64,000 nucleotides of DNA, from assembly GCA_963792585.1 (NCBI GenBank), contig CAWBWI010000003.1, positions 576,001-640,000 on the forward strand. The letters are read 5' to 3'. The notes under the pieces were generated by a model, which had not been told where the DNA came from, made no database searches, and was given only the letters and a program-made list of their open reading frames with translations. Below, piece by piece: positions 30,644 through 39,762 of this stretch. How positions within the stretch are numbered: position 1 is the stretch's first letter; each line of letters opens with the position of its first letter. The position numbers were made by a program, and so were the translations under genes. The DNA comes from Candidatus Eiseniibacteriota bacterium. Lineage in GTDB: Bacteria > Eisenbacteria > RBG-16-71-46 > CAIMUX01 > VGJL01.

Positions 30644-31109
30644 GTGTTTTGCGGCTCCGATCACCGAAACCACGTATCCTACCAAGGAGTTACCCGCGCG
30701 AACCGAAGAACTGGGCCGACCGTTTCCGCCAGCGGAGGATGGACCTTGGGCTCACACAGGCGGGACTGGCCGACCGCCTCGGCCGGACGACGCGGGCCGT
30801 GGCGGATTGGGAATCGGGGGCGACCAGGCCGCTCGCGTCGTCGTGGGGAGCGATCGCCCGGGTCCTCGGGTCCGATCTTCTGCCTGACTGAGCCGAGATC
30901 GGGTCCCGACTCCTGACCGCCCCCTGGCGCCTCGGGCGACCCAGAGGGAGTTGGCCGTGAGGGTCGGCCTGGATCCCCCGACGATACGGAACATGGAGCG
31001 GGGGCGGTATCGGTCGAGCCGGGCGACTCTGGCGAAGCTCGGGTCAGCTCTCCAGGACACTGAAGCGGTCAATCAATCGGTCGCGGAGTGGTCCGTGCAA
31101 CATGTGTGA
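30628..31109 (+). pseudogene. Disrupted multi-HTH XRE regulator, paralogue of 660-1277
   Basis: LRSPKP..YPREPK..RQRRMDLGLTQAGLA..WE, then a second HTH (TQRELAVRVGLDPPTIRNMERG) after a stop. Confidence 0.7.
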
Positions 31110-31211
31110 CCTACCCAGCAAGGCGACTAGGTCTCGGTATTGGTGAACCGAACAGGGCAGCGTTGATATCGGCCGAAGCCTTCCCACGCCGACTTCGCAG
31201 TCAAGAGGCGC

Positions 31212-31260
31212 TTGACAGGATGGACAGGTGCATGGCATATTCCTGACAGGAGGATGTCAG
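31212..31260 (+). promoter_or_regulatory. Promoter (TTGACA...TGnCATATT) plus palindromic operator CTGACA-N6-TGTCAG
   Basis: TTGACA at 31212-17, -10-like at 31236-41, palindrome 31243-31260 overlapping the AGGAGG RBS. Confidence 0.7.
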
Positions 31261-31262
31261 CA

Positions 31263-32597
31263 ATGCGGATCGTCCTTTACCAACCACCCACCGAAGCGAC
31301 TCGGGCTTACCTCGACGCAACGGGGCGAGAGCAGACTTGGCTACCTCATGGGCTGCTTTGCGTCGCTGGAGTCTTGGACGATCGTCTGTGGGAGATCTGC
31401 CTGATCGATGGGCGTCTTCAGCCTAATGGGGCATTGGACGATCTTCACATCCGCTTGCAGGGTGCCGACGTGTTGGCCTGCTCCGTCATGACAGGGCATG
31501 CGATCACCTGGGCACTGAGAGCTTCTGGCCTAGCCAAGGAGTCCGGCATCTCGACCATCTGGGGAGGACCACACCCCACACTCTTCCCGATCCAGACTCT
31601 AAGCCACCCGCTCGTGGATTACATAGTCGGGTCGGGACGAGGAGAAGAGACGTTCGGTCAATGGGCCCGTGCTTTCGCTTCGGGCGAGGCAGTCGAAGGC
31701 ATCCCAGGTCTCGGGTACAAGCATGACAGCACCCCTATCCTAACACCTAGGCCAAACACCCCTTCACGGCCGCGAGACGACTTCCCCCCGCCTCGGCTCG
31801 ATCTCCTGGCCGACTTCAGTCCTTACCTAATGGACGACCCCGCCATTAGCCCAATGGTCACGAATCACGTAACATCCCTAGGGTGTCCATATGCCTGCAC
31901 GTTCTGCTCTGAGCCAACACTGTCAGGACGCAATTGGTTCGCGTGGTCGGCTACTAGATCATTCCAGGAGGTTCAGCGGCTCGTAGCCGCCAGTGGAGCG
32001 ACGGGGATCAAGCTTCACGATGCTCTGTTCTTCGTCGACATGCGCCGGGGCCTGGAATTTGCACGACGGGTCACCGCACTCAATATCAGGTGGGCTGCCA
32101 CCATGCACCCGGTCACTCTCTCGAAGATTGACCGGGGCACGCTCTCCGATCTCCGCCGCAGCGGCTTATCGCGTTTGATGGTGGGATTAGAGTCTGGTAA
32201 CCAGCAGGTAGTGGATCTGGTGGGCAAACGGTTCAGCGTCCGCGCCATTCCGACCATGGCGAGCAAGCTCCGGGATGCGGACATTATCGGAATGTTCAGC
32301 ATGGTGGTCGGCTTTCCCACCGCCGACCCGAGCGAGTACTCCGACACCATCCGGAGCGCTCACGAGATTCACCGGATTTGGGACCGCCATCAGGTCAAGA
32401 TCCACTACGCCAGTCCTTGGCCTGGTACTACAATGTGGGAATCTGCTCTCACAGTGCCCGGCTTCACCCCCCCCGCTGACCTCCTCGGATGGGCTAGCTA
32501 CGACTACTACCTTGCCCAAATGGTATTCCATGACAGGTCCTGGACAACTGCAATCGACGCTATCAACCGTGCTTACTGTCCTTACTACCATGCGTGA
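31263..32597 (+). CDS. B12-binding-domain radical SAM enzyme
   Basis: PHGLLCVAG, WGGPHPT, GEET, TSLGCPYACTFC, GLESGNQ, VGFP, PWPGT. Confidence 0.9.
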   Translation: MRIVLYQPPTEATRAYLDATGREQTWLPHGLLCVAGVLDDRLWEICLIDGRLQPNGALDDLHIRLQGADVLACSVMTGHAITWALRASGLAKESGISTIWGGPHPTLFPIQTLSHPLVDYIVGSGRGEETFGQWARAFASGEAVEGIPGLGYKHDSTPILTPRPNTPSRPRDDFPPPRLDLLADFSPYLMDDPAISPMVTNHVTSLGCPYACTFCSEPTLSGRNWFAWSATRSFQEVQRLVAASGATGIKLHDALFFVDMRRGLEFARRVTALNIRWAATMHPVTLSKIDRGTLSDLRRSGLSRLMVGLESGNQQVVDLVGKRFSVRAIPTMASKLRDADIIGMFSMVVGFPTADPSEYSDTIRSAHEIHRIWDRHQVKIHYASPWPGTTMWESALTVPGFTPPADLLGWASYDYYLAQMVFHDRSWTTAIDAINRAYCPYYHA

Positions 32598-32607
32598 GGA
32601 GCGCCCC

Positions 32608-33720
32608 ATGAATGCGACCCATGCACCCCTATCTGACATCCTTCTACGCGCATCCGTTAGTTCCCGATGCAACTTCAACTGCAGTTACTGCCCGAAGGAT
32701 GCTACGGCTTCGGGAGGGATGGAGAACTACGCCCCAGATCATCTCGCCGGAAACGCTTTGTCTCCTAACGGCTGCACCGAAGCTCTCCAGCACATCCGCA
32801 ATTGTCTCGGTGTAAGAACAGTCAGCTTCACGGGTGGCGAACCAACACTCAACCGTTCCCTTCCTGACCTGTTGGTATCAGCTCGCGCGCTATTCGATCG
32901 TGTTGAGATCACAACTAACGGGTCCGACCACGACGACTCCATGGCCACGCGGTTCGCGCGAGTGCCACTAGACCTCGTCAAGATTAGTCTCGATGCTACG
33001 GACCCTACCTCATTCGCCGTGATCACCGGCGTCAACAACCCTGCGGTCTTCCAGGGGGTGATTGAGACGGTACGGACGTTGGCAGCTCGCGGGGTACCGA
33101 TGGCGCTTAATGCCGTCGTGATGCGCAGCACTCTAGCCAGTCTTCGCAAACTGATCGCGTTCGCTCGGATGGTGCCCTGTCCCATCCATCTCCTCGACTA
33201 CGTCTTCTATCCCTCCAAGCGAGACCACTGGGAGACTGAGTTCGTCCCCATGGAATTCCTCGCGAATGTCTTCACCGAGGAGTACGGTCCCCCTAAGACA
33301 GTCACCCGATACGGATGCACATTTTACACCTACAACTTAGAAGACATCTACATCCGCTTCAAGGATTCCATGACGGCGACAACTCGCGCTCCGGCTTGTA
33401 GCCGCTGTATGGAGTACTGCCAAGAAGGCCCCTACGGCCTAAAGCTAAGCGTCGAAGGCTGGGTCACTGCTTGCCCATCAATCGATCCGAGAAAGGGGGT
33501 CGCCCTGCCAGCGGGCTTGGACAGCAACGACGCTGCGGATCGCCTCGCGACGCTCGTTCCAATGTTCACCAATACAGAAGTAGACACGCGCTCATTCGCG
33601 CACTTTCTTCGCAGGTGGGATCTACATCCTGCGGTCACGAGAGATGAGGTTCGGCGGACTGTCAGGTCTTGTGGACCTGTGACACAGCGCACCACCAAGC
33701 GTTCCGCTGGATGGTCATGA
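32608..33720 (+). CDS. MoaA-like radical SAM enzyme
   Basis: LRASVSSRCNFNCSYC, FTGGEPT, ITTNG, KISLD, C-terminal CSRC..CQEG..C. Confidence 0.85.
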   Translation: MNATHAPLSDILLRASVSSRCNFNCSYCPKDATASGGMENYAPDHLAGNALSPNGCTEALQHIRNCLGVRTVSFTGGEPTLNRSLPDLLVSARALFDRVEITTNGSDHDDSMATRFARVPLDLVKISLDATDPTSFAVITGVNNPAVFQGVIETVRTLAARGVPMALNAVVMRSTLASLRKLIAFARMVPCPIHLLDYVFYPSKRDHWETEFVPMEFLANVFTEEYGPPKTVTRYGCTFYTYNLEDIYIRFKDSMTATTRAPACSRCMEYCQEGPYGLKLSVEGWVTACPSIDPRKGVALPAGLDSNDAADRLATLVPMFTNTEVDTRSFAHFLRRWDLHPAVTRDEVRRTVRSCGPVTQRTTKRSAGWS

Positions 33721-35120
33721 CCTCACGTCGGACAATGGAGACGCACGGTATGTTCATAGTCAACCCAACACCCGACAAGCACGAAGAGGAGCTCCTCGAT
33801 CTGGCTGCTCCAATCAGATTCGATCCATACTTTACATTTGGGCGTGGGCCAGCGGTGATGGGGAGGGTTGTCGACCTTAGAGCCTCTCCGGACGGGGCGC
33901 ATCTCGTCCTACGCTCGCCGGACGGCGACCGACGCTTCTTAATCCGGTTCCCCGATACGCCGGGAGTCGCCGAGGTACGACCAGGAGACCACATCGCACT
34001 CGTAGTCGAATCTACCTCCATAACCGCGTTCGCGATACTCAGTCGAGCGGAACGTGCCACCCCGGACGCTGCGGATTGGGGCTCTCCAGAGAACGAGACC
34101 ACCCGCTTGCGACAGCGTGAGGTCGACTTGTTGGTCCGGCCTTCCGCCCGCCGCATGGTCGAACAACGCAGCGCGATTCTCTTCGGAATTCGCCAACACC
34201 TACAGCAACTGGGTTTCATTGAACTTGAGCTCCCAGTCTTGAAGCGGCATCCAGACGTGGCTCCAGCGCAGCACTTTGAGGTCGTCGACAACAACGGACG
34301 GCACCTCTATCTTCGCACCACGTTCCCGCCATTCGAGCGCATGTTCGTGTCCCTCGACCGTGCATATACGATCGGACCCAACTTTCGCAACGGGGACTGG
34401 AGCCATAAGAACATACCGGAGTTCACGATGCTGTGCTTGATGATGCGCGGGGCTACGTACCTTGACGCGCACCGTCTTGTCCGCGCGATGATGGCGACGG
34501 TTGTTGCCGACGTAATGGGCACGAGCATTGTTACTTTCCGTGGCCAGCAGTTCAATCTCCGCTCCTGGGAGGAGGTCAGTCTCGTGCAGGAGGTTCGCGC
34601 TCGGCTTGGCGTAGAACTGGCTGAACTGGACGACGACAAAGAGATGACGCGGTTCGCGTCCCGTCATGGGATCACATCTCCAGCTAGCTCGCCAGGTGGA
34701 CATTTGATGCGGGCCGCTCTCTTCGATCGGCTCTTCGAGGCACTGATCGTTCCAGCCTTTCCTGGCCCCACATTCTTCACTGACGTGCCCTGGTATCTGG
34801 CTGGCCCCGCCGAACCGCACCCAAGCATGCCAGGTATCAAGCTCCGTGGAGAGGGTTATGTGGCCGGCATGGAACTCACCAATGCGAAGAACATCCTGAC
34901 CGATCTCGACGCGCTTCGCAGGTGGCACGAGCGCATCGCTCAGGAGAAGCGTAGTGCGGGCTTTAAAGAGGAGTACGCGGCGGTTGATAAGGATTACCTG
35001 CGATCTATTGAGTACGGCCTCCATCCCGGCGCACTGTCCTCGATCGGCATCGATCGTCTCGTCATGTTGGCTCTCGGTGTTGACCATATCTCGGAGGCCG
35101 TCATGTACCCCGTCCCTTGA
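33717..35120 (+). CDS. Class II lysyl-tRNA-synthetase-like ligase (divergent paralogue)
   Basis: Motif 1 GFIELELPVL, motif 2 FRNG..PEFTML, motif 3 YGL..IGIDRLVM; degenerate OB fold. Confidence 0.85.
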   Translation: MTSRRTMETHGMFIVNPTPDKHEEELLDLAAPIRFDPYFTFGRGPAVMGRVVDLRASPDGAHLVLRSPDGDRRFLIRFPDTPGVAEVRPGDHIALVVESTSITAFAILSRAERATPDAADWGSPENETTRLRQREVDLLVRPSARRMVEQRSAILFGIRQHLQQLGFIELELPVLKRHPDVAPAQHFEVVDNNGRHLYLRTTFPPFERMFVSLDRAYTIGPNFRNGDWSHKNIPEFTMLCLMMRGATYLDAHRLVRAMMATVVADVMGTSIVTFRGQQFNLRSWEEVSLVQEVRARLGVELAELDDDKEMTRFASRHGITSPASSPGGHLMRAALFDRLFEALIVPAFPGPTFFTDVPWYLAGPAEPHPSMPGIKLRGEGYVAGMELTNAKNILTDLDALRRWHERIAQEKRSAGFKEEYAAVDKDYLRSIEYGLHPGALSSIGIDRLVMLALGVDHISEAVMYPVP

Positions 35121-35155
35121 GCGGCAGCTCACCATTAACGTAAGAAGGAGTACCT

Positions 35156-36121
35156 ATGCTCACACTTCTCCCTAAGCCCCTAACTCCAGGCGACACGGTC
35201 GGAATAGTCTCACCGTCCGGACCTGTTCGTGACCAGCAGCAATTCGAGCGGGGTCTAGCCGTGCTCAGAGAGCGTGGGTACCGGCTGAAGATCGCACCTC
35301 ACGCCCTAGGGCGCACATTCCATATGTCGGCCGCTGGATCAGACAAAGCCGCCGACCTCATTGCGATGTTCACTGATCCTGAAGTGACGGCGATCTTCCC
35401 TAGTGTAGGTGGCCACACGGCCAACCAGGTTCTCGAGCAATTGGATTACCATTCAATCGCACTGCACCCGAAGCTTCTACTCGGCTTCAGTGACAGTTCC
35501 GTTCTGCTGAATGCCATCTACGCGCGCACCGGACTTGTGTCGATTCATGACAACGCTGATGTCATGTTTGGTCTGGGCCGGTTCGGGGACGAGCGGTTGG
35601 CGACCCGAGGCGAATACACGGCCCGCTACCTCTTTGCGGCCCTTGAGACGCCCTTACCTCTCGGACGGATCGAAGCACTAACGGAGTGGCAGTGTTTGCG
35701 ACCTGGGCGCGGGACTGGCCTCGCCCTCGGAGGCAACCTGTCCACGCTGCGTTCAATTATCGGATCTCCGTTTGAGCCGGACTGGGCCTCGGCCATTCTC
35801 TTCCTGGAGGACAAGGCCGAGCCTCACGTGTGGGATCAGCAGCTCGGCCATTTACGGTTGACGGGCATACTGGCCAAGATAGCGGGACTCGTCGTCGGTA
35901 AGGTGGAGAACAAGCCGGAACAGTTCTACAAGGAGAACTATCAAACCCTCGCCGACATTGTGCTTCGCCACTGCGAAGGCTATGGGTACCCGGTCCTATA
36001 TGGCGCGGATTTCGGCCATGACGTTGAGAACTTCGCGATCCCCATAGGCGTTCGGGCGCAGGTGGATGGCGCTGACAAGTCCGTGACCTTCCTGGGCGCC
36101 GCAACGACCAACCGGATGTAG
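35156..36121 (+). CDS. S66 peptidase (LD-carboxypeptidase / MccF-like)
   Basis: PGDTVGIVSPS, GFSD (Ser), GGNL, LFLED (Glu), DFGH (His). Confidence 0.9.
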   Translation: MLTLLPKPLTPGDTVGIVSPSGPVRDQQQFERGLAVLRERGYRLKIAPHALGRTFHMSAAGSDKAADLIAMFTDPEVTAIFPSVGGHTANQVLEQLDYHSIALHPKLLLGFSDSSVLLNAIYARTGLVSIHDNADVMFGLGRFGDERLATRGEYTARYLFAALETPLPLGRIEALTEWQCLRPGRGTGLALGGNLSTLRSIIGSPFEPDWASAILFLEDKAEPHVWDQQLGHLRLTGILAKIAGLVVGKVENKPEQFYKENYQTLADIVLRHCEGYGYPVLYGADFGHDVENFAIPIGVRAQVDGADKSVTFLGAATTNRM

Positions 36122-36125
36122 GGGC

Positions 36126-37352
36126 ATGACACCGCAGCGTCTCGTCATCGGTTTGCCGTCTTTCAATGAAGCCGCCACGATCGGAGCGGTTACCCGCGTA
36201 CTTGACGACGCTGCTTGTAGCCTTACCGGTCTGTGTTGTCTGCTCTGTAATGCGGATAGCGCCTCCGAGGATGGCACGGCCGACGTGTTCCTACGTACCC
36301 CGACAAGGACGCCGAAAGTGTCGCTCGTAACTGGATCCGCCACCGAGAGGGGCAAGGGTCGGAACGTGTTGGCTATTCTCGAACGCGCATCTGGCCTTGA
36401 CGCCGCTTGCGTCTTCTACGATACAGATCTGGTCAGCATCACGCCAGAATGGCTCAAGACGTATGTCGCCGCAATCATCCGCGGATACGACTTCGTCACA
36501 CCGTCGTATCGGCGCGCAAAGCACGCAGCCTCAGTGACAAACACGACACTATACCCCCTCGTTTGCGGCATTCTAGGGGCCGACATTCGGCAGCCGATCG
36601 GGGGCGATTTCGGCCTGTCCAGCGACTTCATCGCTCACGTTCTGAAGAGTCGTAGCGGTCTCGATCCCGCGCTGGACCTTTCCGGCTTCGGTATCGACGC
36701 CTTTCTGACTTGCAGCGCTCTTGAGCGTGACGTGCGTATCTGCGCGGTTCACCTCGGGACTAAGGTACATCGCCCGAAGAATCCCGCTCATGACCTTCTG
36801 CACATCTTTGCCGAAGAGGTGTTGACTACCTTCGCATTCATTCTGCGATACGCCGAGGGCCCGACGGCGCAAAGAACAATTCCCGTCCTTGGGCAGGCGG
36901 GGGAGGGGGACCTTCCTCACCCAGGCGTGGACTGCGGAGAGCTGAGCCTGGCAGCAACGCGTCTTTACGCAGCGCAGGAAAGCGAGATCACTGCATGGCT
37001 CCCTGTTGATGCCTTTCCAGACGTACATAACACACTTCGCACGTCCTTGCGGCCGCGTCTGTCCAATGGCCTATGGTGCGACATTCTTGTAGAAGCGCTG
37101 GTCGCGTTTGCCCGCGCTAGAGCAGTCGAATCCGTCGAGACGCGGCGAGTGAGCTATCGGAGACTTGGATCCAACTTGTATCCTCTCTATCTTGCCAGGT
37201 TGGTCGATCTCGTGGAGGAGACCAGAGACCTGCCCGATGACCTTGCAGAGGACGTGTTTCTATCTTATCCCACAGCGCTCCAACAGAGAAGCGGCCACCT
37301 TATTCGTAAACTGACGCAATGCCTATCCACAGCGCCCACGCTGGTCCGATAA
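36126..37352 (+). CDS. GT-A glycosyltransferase, glucosyl/mannosylglycerate-synthase-like
   Basis: PSFNEAATI, GKG, DTD, IRQPIGGDFGLS, FGID, LGTKVH. Confidence 0.85.
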   Translation: MTPQRLVIGLPSFNEAATIGAVTRVLDDAACSLTGLCCLLCNADSASEDGTADVFLRTPTRTPKVSLVTGSATERGKGRNVLAILERASGLDAACVFYDTDLVSITPEWLKTYVAAIIRGYDFVTPSYRRAKHAASVTNTTLYPLVCGILGADIRQPIGGDFGLSSDFIAHVLKSRSGLDPALDLSGFGIDAFLTCSALERDVRICAVHLGTKVHRPKNPAHDLLHIFAEEVLTTFAFILRYAEGPTAQRTIPVLGQAGEGDLPHPGVDCGELSLAATRLYAAQESEITAWLPVDAFPDVHNTLRTSLRPRLSNGLWCDILVEALVAFARARAVESVETRRVSYRRLGSNLYPLYLARLVDLVEETRDLPDDLAEDVFLSYPTALQQRSGHLIRKLTQCLSTAPTLVR

Positions 37353-37456
37353 CGCAGCAGGAGGAGTCGAATGTCCGTGGATCGGATACCCAACCAAACG
37401 CGATATGCAGTCAGAGGCGCTCCTTCCATGGAGCGGTCTGTGTCGCGAGGGAGGGA

Positions 37457-38764
37457 ATGACGATGATTCTTGTAATCGGCGCTTCTGGCTTCCTGGGTAG
37501 CCGCCTCATTGCGGCACTGTCGCGGGAAGGGCCGGCCGTCGGTACATGCTGCAATGACAGGCTTCGCGACATGCTGGACTGCGATCTGCGCGTCGATTCG
37601 GCGCTGGACCGAGTGTTGTCCATGGCCGCGGGCAAGGTCGTTTACTTCTGCGCCAACGTTGGTGGCCGCCAGACTGCTGCAAGTGCTCCGGCCGACGCCT
37701 ATCGTGTGAACGCCTACGCACCGAGTCGCATCGCTGCAGTGGCAGCTCAGTTCGTTTACTTCTCGACGGACTACGTGTTCGACCGGCCCGGCATGGCTAC
37801 GGAAGAATCGGCGCCGAGCCCTGATTCGATGTACGCAAGGTCCAAGGCGGACGGCGAGCGTGCCGTTCTTGCGGCTTCCGATACCGTACTGGTAGTCAGG
37901 ATATCGGGTCTGTTCGATGCGCGGGGCACACGAAACGTGCAGTTTGCAGACGCAACAGCTGTTCGGCCTCCCGACAACCGAATGAGCAACCCGACCTTCG
38001 TTCCCGATTTGCTCTCGGTCGTCCGCCTATGGCAGTTGGCCGGCATACGTGGTATTCGTCATGCCTGCGGTCCAGATACGCTTTCCGAATATGAGTTCCA
38101 TCAACTCGCAAGCTTGCGCTGGGGTTACGACGTCCATCCATCACTCTCCTCATCGCCCCGATTCGGAACGCGCTTAGTGTCCTCGTCGCCCGGTGCCATT
38201 CGAAGTCCTTCAGAAGTGTTTATTGATGAACGCTCGCAGGCCTCGTGTGAGATGTGCGGTGACCAGGTGCTCGTTGCTGACACCGTGGGAGTCGTTCTTT
38301 CCGGAAGGAGATGGAAGGAGACCGACCCTCGCTTCTGGTTGGACGTCAATTCCGATCCGAGCGCGACCCTTCGTACCTTGGGCCCAGAGCGAGTGGCCGC
38401 TGCCTACTGCCCAAACCCTCGCTTCTGGCGCATGCTTCGTACGCGACCTGCGGCGGTCAGGATGGTCCTGGCAAACAACGGACCCTGGGAGTCGTTTTTC
38501 CTATGGCAGACTAGGTATGGCCTCTCACGCATATTCGAGCTTGTCATAAACTCCGAGCGAGACAAGATAGTTAAGCCGCAGCGGGCGTTTCGGGCCGGAA
38601 TCGACGCATTTGCAGGTGGACGGTCAATCCATCTGATCGATGACCATTGCGACGTCGTGACCGCCGCAACGAACTGGGGATGGATCGCCAACCAGACGAC
38701 TCTCGTTTCTACGTGGCCCATCGAGGAGTACAGCTACCCGGGAATGGAGGCTATATGGGCATAA
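37457..38764 (+). CDS. RmlD-like NDP-sugar reductase (SDR) fused to a HAD-like domain
   Basis: GASGFLG, STDYVFD, YARSK; C-terminal DTVGV, LANN, KP, IDD. Confidence 0.8.
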   Translation: MTMILVIGASGFLGSRLIAALSREGPAVGTCCNDRLRDMLDCDLRVDSALDRVLSMAAGKVVYFCANVGGRQTAASAPADAYRVNAYAPSRIAAVAAQFVYFSTDYVFDRPGMATEESAPSPDSMYARSKADGERAVLAASDTVLVVRISGLFDARGTRNVQFADATAVRPPDNRMSNPTFVPDLLSVVRLWQLAGIRGIRHACGPDTLSEYEFHQLASLRWGYDVHPSLSSSPRFGTRLVSSSPGAIRSPSEVFIDERSQASCEMCGDQVLVADTVGVVLSGRRWKETDPRFWLDVNSDPSATLRTLGPERVAAAYCPNPRFWRMLRTRPAAVRMVLANNGPWESFFLWQTRYGLSRIFELVINSERDKIVKPQRAFRAGIDAFAGGRSIHLIDDHCDVVTAATNWGWIANQTTLVSTWPIEEYSYPGMEAIWA

Positions 38765-39762
38765 CGAACGTGAGAACCGGTACGCGCGCCATTCCCCTGT
38801 CACCGATCAGCCGGCAGATACACACCGTCAACGGGCCGTTCGCCCCCCGAACGACGCTGATCAAGCCATCCCATTTCCCGAGTCCTTATGATCGCTTCCG
38901 GACCGGTGAGTATCTATTCATGACTCGGATCGCCGGATACCAGATTGGCGGATCCGCGCGGTACAGAGAAGGTAAAAATCGTGTCCTCGTAACTCTATAC
39001 GCACCGCGTCAGCAGTCTAGTCCGGGAAACCTCGGTCAGGTCCAGCAGGAAGTCGCCCGACGTTTGGGCCTGCATGACGACCTGAGCGGCTACGAACGCA
39101 TCTGGGCAGGAGACCCCATTCTACGTTCCCTACCGTCGGAAATGATGGGCGCCCGGCCGTCTAGTCCATTTGCGCTCTATGAGTTTCTGGTGATTTGCAC
39201 GCTGCTGCAGAACACGGTGGTACGTCGGACAGTTCAGATGGCCAATGCACTCGCGGAATACCTCGGGGGTCTCTTCCAGTTCCCGGATGGCACGACGCTC
39301 CGTGGGTTCTGGGAACCTGGTGCGTTGGTGAGTGTCGGCGAGTCGCGCCTTCGTGAGTTGCGTCTCGGATACCGGGCGAAGACCTTAGTCCGCTTCTCCG
39401 AGCAGTTCTCTAACCAACCAACACTCGAAGCGGACCTGCTTGGCCTTGCGGGACATCCTGATAGTCTTCGCGACGCCATCGATGACATATATGGTGTTGG
39501 ACCGGCCTCCGCAAACTACGTTCTTTTCGAGTGGTTCAAGTGCACCGGGGCGCTGTTTACACTGTCGCCTTGGGAAGCCAGGATCTTGTCTCGCCTGCTG
39601 TTCAAACGGGATGATGTCGTTGCGTCCCGAACGATGGCGTTCTGCCAGCGGCGGTGGGCACCGCACGCGATGCTTGCCGTTCACGCGGTCTTTGAGACGG
39701 CGTTTTGGGCGCGCGCACGAGGAGAGGGACCGGAGTGGCTCAATGAACTCATTCGGCTCTAA
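38755..39762 (+). CDS. HhH-GPD DNA-glycosylase-like protein (AlkA/OGG1 fold)
   Basis: LYEFLVICTLLQNT, LRLGYRAK, HhH IYGVGPASA, W.P.A.LA. Confidence 0.75.
   Translation: MGITNVRTGTRAIPLSPISRQIHTVNGPFAPRTTLIKPSHFPSPYDRFRTGEYLFMTRIAGYQIGGSARYREGKNRVLVTLYAPRQQSSPGNLGQVQQEVARRLGLHDDLSGYERIWAGDPILRSLPSEMMGARPSSPFALYEFLVICTLLQNTVVRRTVQMANALAEYLGGLFQFPDGTTLRGFWEPGALVSVGESRLRELRLGYRAKTLVRFSEQFSNQPTLEADLLGLAGHPDSLRDAIDDIYGVGPASANYVLFEWFKCTGALFTLSPWEARILSRLLFKRDDVVASRTMAFCQRRWAPHAMLAVHAVFETAFWARARGEGPEWLNELIRL

Noticed and set aside
32608..33720. Canonical moaA (molybdenum cofactor synthesis)
   Set aside because: No C-terminal GG motif and no moa/moe genes nearby
33717..35120. Housekeeping lysS
   Set aside because: Lysine-pocket residues replaced, and the gene lies in accessory DNA
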